Of a stretch of 32,000 bases of DNA, positions 1-7,000 are shown piece by piece. Numbering within the stretch: position 1 is the stretch's first letter; every line of letters begins with the position of its first letter. The stretch is from Candidatus Saccharimonadota bacterium. GTDB lineage: Bacteria; Patescibacteriota; Patescibacteriia; 2-12-FULL-60-25. The DNA lies in assembly GCA_016699205.1 (NCBI GenBank), contig CP064964.1:330001-362000 (forward strand), written 5' to 3'. The notes under the pieces were generated by a model. It was not told the origin of the DNA and searched no databases. It saw only the letters and a program-made list of their open reading frames with translations. The position numbers and the translations under genes are program-made.

Positions 1-354
1 CTTTTCCGCGTTTACGAGATCAGGCTCGCTAAAAACAGGAAGCTTTCCTTCTCTCAAAAGATTGGGTAGCCATGGAATAATCGTATTATGCTGGGAGTTG
101 CGCGAAATGTTGTCGACGGCCTTGAGAACGGCTTCTGGCGTACGATCAACGGTACGGATTGCAATACCGAAGCCGCGCAAGAGCAGCTCAGCAAACATTG
201 CGCGACGCTCGGGCTTGCGCGATAAAACAAAACGTAGCTCAAGGGGCAATTCATCTGCAAGCTCAAGCTCCTCAGGATGCGTAACAGTGAGAATGTGATA
301 GCGATCGATATGGCGTTTTTCTTTTATACCAAAAAGCCGAGCAACAAGATTCAT
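1..354 (-). CDS. hypothetical protein, N-terminal 118 codons; the rest runs off the left edge
   Basis: Absent from the ORF track because it has no stop in the window. ATG at 354..352 opens a frame that stays open to base 1 (MNLVARLFGIKEKRHIDRYHILTVTHPEELELADELPLELRFVLSRKPERRAMFAELLLRGFGIAIRTVDRTPEAVLKAVDNISRN...). It starts 14 nt after the EVE gene stop on the same strand. The listed ORFs here (54..266 -, 62..298 +) translate to Cys/Ser/Arg-rich junk. Confidence 0.55.
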   Translation of the reverse strand, partial: MNLVARLFGIKEKRHIDRYHILTVTHPEELELADELPLELRFVLSRKPERRAMFAELLLRGFGIAIRTVDRTPEAVLKAVDNISRNSQHNTIIPWLPNLLREGKLPVFSEPDLVNAEK

Positions 355-367
355 AGATGCCGAATCT

Positions 368-778
368 TTACACGGTTTTGGTATATTTCAAAATCGCTTC
401 CCATTGTGCCGGGGTTACGGACATGACGGACAAGCGCGGCTGCTCGACGAGAGGCATGATGGAGAGGCCAGCGGTATTTCGAATTTCATCGAGCGTGAGG
501 GTGCGGCCGACAGGCTTGATCGCCTTCAAGCGCACGGATACCCACTTCCCTTCTTCATCGGTCGGGTCTTGCTTGGCTGTGGCGGCGACCTCTGCAATAC
601 CGACAATTTCCTTGTCGTCTTCCGTGTGATACACCAAGACCGGATCGCCGACGGCCATCTCGTTCAAAAATTTCCGAGCCTGAAAATTGCGGACACCGGT
701 CCAATCAGCCTCGCCGTCTTGCACGAGCTGATCCCAGGAATATTCCGATGGATCGGATTTTACGAGCCAATATGCCAT
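368..778 (-). CDS. EVE (PUA-like) domain protein
   Basis: 136 aa. MAYWLVKSDPSEYSWDQLVQDGEADWTGVRNFQARKFLNEMAVGDPVLVYHT...IVGIAEV matches the EVE-domain signature (YWLxKSEP..YSxDxL...WxGVRNYQARNxL..MxxGDxxxxYHS...IVGIxEV) by eye. Confidence 0.85.
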   Translation of the reverse strand: MAYWLVKSDPSEYSWDQLVQDGEADWTGVRNFQARKFLNEMAVGDPVLVYHTEDDKEIVGIAEVAATAKQDPTDEEGKWVSVRLKAIKPVGRTLTLDEIRNTAGLSIMPLVEQPRLSVMSVTPAQWEAILKYTKTV

Positions 779-823
779 ACAAATTCACTGTAAACCGGAA
801 TATCTATACTGTAAAATAAGATT

Positions 824-1270
824 ATGAACCGATTTGAATGGACCTCGCTTGGATTGCAGCTTCTCACGCTCTGCCTAGCCTCATATTTTGCCTTAGTACA
901 GAACCAAATCAATAATCGCCAAGCAGCGATCGCCGACTATGTATCCGTCTCCATCACGCCCGATCAGGGCGGGGTGCGCTTTCTGAATACGGGAGCGACA
1001 AACGTCTACCTCGACCGTATCACCGTAGATGGAGAAGCCACTGTTTACAGCCAGCCGAGACAGATTGCCGCCAAAGCCGGAGAGGCTTCCACCTATTTCT
1101 CGCCAATCAACTTTGAAACAGCAAACAAAAAAGAATTCACGATCGTCCTTGAGCTGACCGATGAATTTGGAACGCGTTGGGTTTCTCGCCACGCCGGCTC
1201 TGCGGCGGATGAAGATCCCAAAACCGGACTATTTAACGTTTGGACGTATCGGACTTCGCGCGCACCTTAA
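824..1270 (+). CDS. hypothetical membrane-anchored protein
   Basis: 148 aa with an N-terminal hydrophobic helix (LGLQLLTLCLASYFALV). It is preceded by TATACT (806..811) 13 nt before the ATG. It converges on miaA and overlaps its 3' end by 38 nt. No family recognised. Confidence 0.6.
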   Translation: MNRFEWTSLGLQLLTLCLASYFALVQNQINNRQAAIADYVSVSITPDQGGVRFLNTGATNVYLDRITVDGEATVYSQPRQIAAKAGEASTYFSPINFETANKKEFTIVLELTDEFGTRWVSRHAGSAADEDPKTGLFNVWTYRTSRAP

Positions 1271-2312
1271 GCCATTTGGCGACGAGCTTCTCCGCTTCGT
1301 CTTCATCCTTTACCCAGTGGATGCGCTGATCGCGTTTGAACCACGTTAATTGGCGTTTGGCGTATTGCCAGGTCGCACGCTTAGTTTTTTCTATCGCCTG
1401 CTCCAATGTCGATTCCCCTCTTATATAGGCCCCTAGTTCGCGATAGCCGATCGAGGTCATTGCCGGAGCATCCCAACCGATGCCGGATCCATTCAGACGG
1501 CGGATTTCATCAATCCAACCCGCCTCGACATAGGCTTCAACAGCAAGGTTGATGCGTTCTTTTAATTCCTCCCGCTCCCGTTTCAGACCAATCATCAGCG
1601 GGTCGATCACGGGCTTGGCGGCGCCCTTTTGCTCCGTAAACGGTTTGCCGGTGAAGGTTGTGACTTCTAGCGCACGAAGCACGCGGCGGGGATTCTTCAT
1701 GTCAACGAGTTTTTCTGCCGCAGGATCAAGACGCAATAATAATTTTACAAGCTCCGCAAGCGTCTTTTTTTCCATCGCTTTTCGGAACGAGTCCTGCGGA
1801 GGCACGGCGGGGATTTGATAGTTGTCGACCAATGCTTGAATATACAAACCCGTGCCGCCGACGACAAACGGGAGCTTTCCGCGTTCTCGGATACCCCGGA
1901 TCGCCGTCATGGCTTTTTCTTGCCACTCAGCAACTGTGAGCAGCTCCGAAGGAGGAAGGTAATCCATCAAGTAGTGCGGGATATCACCAAATAAATACAT
2001 GCTTCTTCCGCCTTTAGAGGTGCGCTTTCCGCCGATCGGTTTACCGGTTCCGATATCAAATTCCCGATAGACTTGCCGGGCATCAGCATTGATAATTTCT
2101 CCCCCGAATTTTTTAGCTAGATGTATTCCGAGCAGCGTTTTTCCGCTAGAAGTAGGACCAATAATACATAAAACGCGCGGAAGAGCGCGTTTCGTACCTA
2201 CGCTCGTTTTTCTCGAGCGGGTCTTGGTCTTGGCCTTTTGTCTGATAGCGGCCATTACTAAAAAGCTTAGCGGAGATCGACCTAAACAGCAAGTTCGCAC
2301 TCCAATACCCAT
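1233..2312 (-). CDS. miaA: tRNA dimethylallyltransferase
   Basis: P-loop IIGPTSSGKT, then NADARQVYREFDIGTGKP and VGGTGLYIQAL, typical MiaA motifs. ATG 2312 has AAGGA 7 nt upstream. An alternative ATG at 2255 would remove a Cys/Arg-rich leader. A basic K/R-rich stretch precedes the P-loop either way. Confidence 0.9.
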   Translation of the reverse strand: MGIGVRTCCLGRSPLSFLVMAAIRQKAKTKTRSRKTSVGTKRALPRVLCIIGPTSSGKTLLGIHLAKKFGGEIINADARQVYREFDIGTGKPIGGKRTSKGGRSMYLFGDIPHYLMDYLPPSELLTVAEWQEKAMTAIRGIRERGKLPFVVGGTGLYIQALVDNYQIPAVPPQDSFRKAMEKKTLAELVKLLLRLDPAAEKLVDMKNPRRVLRALEVTTFTGKPFTEQKGAAKPVIDPLMIGLKREREELKERINLAVEAYVEAGWIDEIRRLNGSGIGWDAPAMTSIGYRELGAYIRGESTLEQAIEKTKRATWQYAKRQLTWFKRDQRIHWVKDEDEAEKLVAKWLKVRAKSDTSKR

Positions 2313-3604
2313 GATTTTCCTTCTGTGACCTTGGCGTTGATGAGCGAGCCGATCGGCGTGGATTCCGTGGCGCGTAAACGAGCCAATTTCATTTCACGCG
2401 TACAGCCGTAAGCAAAGCCGTGGTCGAGACGATCAACCAGGATCTCGACCGTGCCGCCGACCATCGCCTGGTTTTTGGCGAGCGAGGTCTGCTCCATTAA
2501 TGTTTGAAGGTCGTCCCAACGGTCGCGTTTTTCTTCTTTGGAGATATCGTCGGCAAACAATTTTACGCCGAGCGTTCCGGAACGCGGAGAGTACTGCGCA
2601 TTGTAGGAGATATCGTAATCGACATCTTTATAGAGCGAGATCGTTTCTTCAAATTGCTCACGCGTCTCTCCCGGAAAACCAACAATGATATCCGAGCCAA
2701 GCGCGATTTGCGGTCGGCGTTCTTTAATCTTGCGAATGACCTCAAGATATTGTTCGCGTGTATATTTACGATTCATGCGACGCAATACTTCATTTGATCC
2801 GGCTTGTACCGGCAAATGAAGATAATTCACCTGTTTTGGCAGACCGAGTGCATCGATGACTTCATCCGTCATCGAGTTTGGATGGGCAGCCGTCCAGTGG
2901 AGGCGGCGAAGTCCTTCGATTTGATTGATTTCCCAGAGCAAGGCGGCGAAATGGTCTTTGTAGGGATTTGCTTTTGAAAATGTTTCCGTGTCCCCTGCTT
3001 TGTAAGAGTTCACGGTTTGGCCAAGAAGCGTAATTTCAATCACGCCATGAGCAACAAGCTCGCGACACTCGTCGAGAATATCTTTGGCTGGACGATTACG
3101 CTCGAGACCGCGCGCATATGGAACAACGCAGTAGGTGCAGAACTTGTTGCAGCCTGTTTGAATCGTTACATAGGCCTGCACCGATGGAGCGCGGAGCGGA
3201 TGGATTTTGAGATAATCATCCTCGAGCGAGTCGGAGTTCACGAGATCGGGACGCAGCTCTGAAATCCAGCGTGGAAGATGGATCATTTCCGGCGTCGGGA
3301 AATACAGGTCCGTCGCTGGGAGCTGCTTCTTGAATGAGGACGCTTTATCGCGTCCCGGCATACAACCCGTGACCGCCACAATCATTTCGGGCTTGGTCTT
3401 TTTGTATTCCAGATACTTTTCCTGCGCACCAAACACACGATTTTCTGCAGATTGGCGGACGGAACACGTGTTAATGATAATGAGGTCCGCAATTGACTCA
3501 TTTTCCGTAGACGAAAAGCCGAGCGAATCGAGGAGTCCCGCGATGCGCTCGGAATCGTTCTTGTTCATTTGGCACCCGTAGGTGGTGATGGAATAGGTCG
3601 GCAC
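2282..3604 (-). CDS. miaB: radical-SAM methylthiotransferase, tRNA-i6A37 type (MiaB)
   Basis: 440 aa. The N-terminal region (YGCQMNKNDSERIAGLL...INTCSVRQSAE) is an MTTase domain. It has the radical-SAM CNKFCTYCVVP motif and a TRAM-like C-terminus. It lies directly upstream of miaA. The MiaB versus RimO/MtaB choice rests on this context. Confidence 0.85.
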   Translation of the reverse strand: MPTYSITTYGCQMNKNDSERIAGLLDSLGFSSTENESIADLIIINTCSVRQSAENRVFGAQEKYLEYKKTKPEMIVAVTGCMPGRDKASSFKKQLPATDLYFPTPEMIHLPRWISELRPDLVNSDSLEDDYLKIHPLRAPSVQAYVTIQTGCNKFCTYCVVPYARGLERNRPAKDILDECRELVAHGVIEITLLGQTVNSYKAGDTETFSKANPYKDHFAALLWEINQIEGLRRLHWTAAHPNSMTDEVIDALGLPKQVNYLHLPVQAGSNEVLRRMNRKYTREQYLEVIRKIKERRPQIALGSDIIVGFPGETREQFEETISLYKDVDYDISYNAQYSPRSGTLGVKLFADDISKEEKRDRWDDLQTLMEQTSLAKNQAMVGGTVEILVDRLDHGFAYGCTREMKLARLRATESTPIGSLINAKVTEGKSWVLECELAV

Positions 3605-3624
3605 GGTGCGACGCTACCACAGCT

Positions 3625-4065
3625 TTACTTTCCTTTGAAGTCTCTGATCGCCTTTACGACCTTGGAGTCTTCTTTCAGATCTTGGATGAAGAGAATTTGC
3701 TCGCGATTGATCTCCAGCTTGTCTTCCGGTCCATGCGCTTCTTTTCCAAGCTTGATCAGTGTCATGTCACCAGAGCCGAGCATGGTCACATCGGGAATCA
3801 ACCCGTCTTTAGCTTGGAAGTAGTAGACATCCGTTAGACGTACATATTTTGACCAAGGATTAGCCGCTTTTCCAAAGTAAACCTGACCGTCACTTAGGAA
3901 TACGGCCTGAAACGCATTCGGTTTAATAAGGGCGTTCAGACAAAAAATGTAGCCAATATAACCAATGATTCCGAGCAGCAAAATAAAACCAGCAACGATC
4001 AATTGACGTTTGGTGGTTGAAGTAATTTTTAGAGTAAGGGTACCTGGGTCAACAATTCTTGGCAT
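3625..4065 (-). CDS. hypothetical single-pass membrane protein
   Basis: 146 aa with one TM helix (LIVAGFILLLGIIGYIGYIF). It sits 19 nt after the mega-gene stop and 20 nt before miaB. No family recognised. Confidence 0.65.
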   Translation of the reverse strand: MPRIVDPGTLTLKITSTTKRQLIVAGFILLLGIIGYIGYIFCLNALIKPNAFQAVFLSDGQVYFGKAANPWSKYVRLTDVYYFQAKDGLIPDVTMLGSGDMTLIKLGKEAHGPEDKLEINREQILFIQDLKEDSKVVKAIRDFKGK

Positions 4066-4084
4066 ATGAGGATTCTAGCATGAA

Positions 4085-7000
4085 TTACGGTGCAGGCTCA
4101 GGGGCTGGCTCTGGTGCTGGCTCCGGAGCAGGCTCCGGTTCAGGAGTCGGCTCTGGTTCCGGAGTTGGAGCAGATTCCGGGGCGGGCTCCGTGCTTGTCG
4201 GCGACGCAGGGACTTCTGGCGGCGGCTCGATACCGGTGTCTGTAGCTATGTCCGGAATGATCGGCCCACCAAGGATGATTTCGACGGTTGAAGTCGTCCC
4301 GTCGGAAATCGTCACAATGCCCTCTTCGGCTCCAAAAGCGGTCCAGTTAAATAAGACAGCCTCTGCTTGCTCCGGACGCATAGCGATATCAAACCCTTCC
4401 ACGGTCACATTTTCCACACCGTAGTCGATCGACTTGAGGCCAATCGGGGTAATGCTTACGATTGGCTGCTTGTCATACGTATTTTCAAATCGTACGCGGA
4501 GCTGTGTTGCACCGCTCAGCATTTTGGCTTGGCCAACCGTATCCGATCCAAAGTTCACCCGCTCTTTGACAACAACCACGCCGCTAAAGGTCGATGTCGA
4601 AACAAAAACGTCCGTGGACTCGATCGGCGAATCCGTCACCGTAATCGAGCCGGTTGTTGTGGCGCCGATTCTGTTTTGCAGATCCGTAATGAGACCCTGC
4701 TGCTCTTTCACCGAGTTGATCAACGCATAGGTAAGTGCGTTGGGATCAAAAGTGAATACTTCGGTTTTTTCTACATCATCTTTATTAAGCTTCATTCGTG
4801 TAGAAGAAACCATATATGGCGCGATACCCTGAACATCCTGCGCGATAACGCCGATGTAACTCGTACCAGTCGCTATGCCTCCGAGACCGTTGTAACGGAA
4901 ATGTACTGGGTTGATCTTTGTAATGACATTCAATCCATCAACAAACGAAGAGACGTCTTCTTTCAAACGCTGGTCTGAGAACGTCTGCCAGGTACCTCCT
5001 CCAATCTTTGAGGCATCTCCATTCACACTGAGTAGATTATCTGGCGCCAATGTTCCAATACCGACTTGACCTGACTCATCAATAGTAAATACGGATGCGG
5101 ATCCTGGGCGATTGGGATACACCGAGAATGTACCGTTGATATTGGCACTTCTACCCACATGCAAGCCACCTTTGACCTCAAGCTCTCCTCCGATAGAAGC
5201 GTCCTCACGCGTCGCAAGCGTATCTGTCTCCAGGCCGCCAATTTCTGCTTGCTGAAATACGGAGCCGCCTAAGTCAAACACCTCTAATATCCGATCACTG
5301 GAGTTGGGAACAAAGATATATCGACCCTGTACAGCAGCGTATTGCGGGGAGCCACCCGTCCTGTTTGAACCTAAATAGATAGGACTTGCGCGATTTGTAA
5401 TATCGATAAAATCAACCGTATCATTACCAGAAGCAGTCACATAAGCCATATCTCCTTGCACATTTACCGAGATTGGATCCCTATTCGTATTTTCCGTGCC
5501 TGACAACACTGGAGAAGCTGGGTTTGAAATATCAATTATCTCCAAGGTTCGATCTCGATTAGAAACAACGTATGCATAACGCCCCTGAACCTGAACATCC
5601 GTAGGTAAGCGATTCGTTGCAATAGTACCAACAATCGATGGTGCGCTCGGTAATCGAATGTCGACAATCTGCAGTTCTCCGGTTGAGCAAACCACGTATG
5701 CATATCGATCCTTTACCGTCATGCGCGCAGGATCGGCACAAATACCGAGACTCGTAACAGGTGTGGCTTGCGAAGGATCAGCAACATCGATTACTTCAAA
5801 GCGTCCACTATCACCCGCCGTGTATGCATAGCGACCTTGAACAGCAAGCGCCCTTGGACCAGCCGAAATCCCTTCTGCATCCGAGACACTAATATTTACC
5901 GGGTCCGTAATGTCATAAATATAGAGTAGAGCTGTGTCGTTTGCAATAACATAAACATAGTGGCCAAGAACAACGACGTCTACCGGTACCTTATCCACCG
6001 ACACAGAACCTAGCACGGCCATATTTGCAGGTTCCGTCACATCGACAATATTCAATTCGAAAGAGTTGCGATTTATTACCGCTGCGTAACGACCCTGGAT
6101 ATCGACCGCGTATGTTCCTGCCGACAGCCCAATACTACTTATCGCAGGTTGATCAAAGCGCGCCGCTACTTGAAACTGGCTTACTGGTGTCGCTGTTCCA
6201 ATGCCAACGTTTTGCGCTTCCGTCACTCGCATTACCTCAGTATTGTTTGTACCAAATACGATGGGAGTCGATATATCCGTGTTCAGCATCAATCCTGAAG
6301 GAGCATTGCTGCGAATAAAACTCCCTGTCGCAAGCGGGATATTGCCCAATGTACCCCCAACAGAAGCTCCGTATTGATAAAAGCCTAAAGTATTTCCTGC
6401 ATTATCCGATGTCCCAATTCTTGCCGTACCACCAGCATTATTACTCTTCGCAACGATCGCTGCTTCGGATAACGAGTTCTCAACGGTCAACGCCCATTGT
6501 GGATTTGTCGAATCACCAAAACCAACGAATCCATTTGCATTATTTATCACCATGCGAGAAGCAGCGCCCGGACCAACAATTCCACCAGGACCATTCAAGA
6601 TCTGGAATTGACGATCGCCATTTTGCGTCATGCTCCACGTCGAGGTTCCGAGGTTGATGGTATTGATCCAGGCGTTATTCCAACGTGAAGTGGAAGCGCC
6701 GAGGTCAAAGGCGAGGCCGGTTTGCGGGAGAATTGTTTGAAACGTGGAGGTATTTTGAACGTAGATAGGGAGTGTCGTTGTGTTTCCGCGAGCGGTAACG
6801 GTCTGGAAGGTGTCAGCGGAATTGGTACCAGTTGCAACAACAGCCCAACCCGTAAGCGTATTGGTACCCGTCTCCTTGATGTACATGCGGCCATTCGTTG
6901 AATCGATCGCAAGATCACCGATAGAACCGGTTGTGTTTCCGTTAGGCACGGCATCGACACGGAATAACTGGAAGTCACCCCCAGCATTAGCGACGGTCAT

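Noticed and set aside
54-298. Listed ORFs 54..266 (-) and 62..298 (+)
   Set aside because: Both translations are low-complexity junk. The third minus-strand frame, open from ATG 354 to the window edge, gives a protein-like sequence and fits the operon layout.
4059-4424. Plus-strand ORF encoding a Gly-Ser-Ala repeat protein (GAGSGAGSGAGSGAGSGSGVGSG...)
   Set aside because: It is the antisense reading of the PEPAPE tail repeat of the giant minus-strand ORF. It has no RBS and loses its repeat character immediately outside the overlap.
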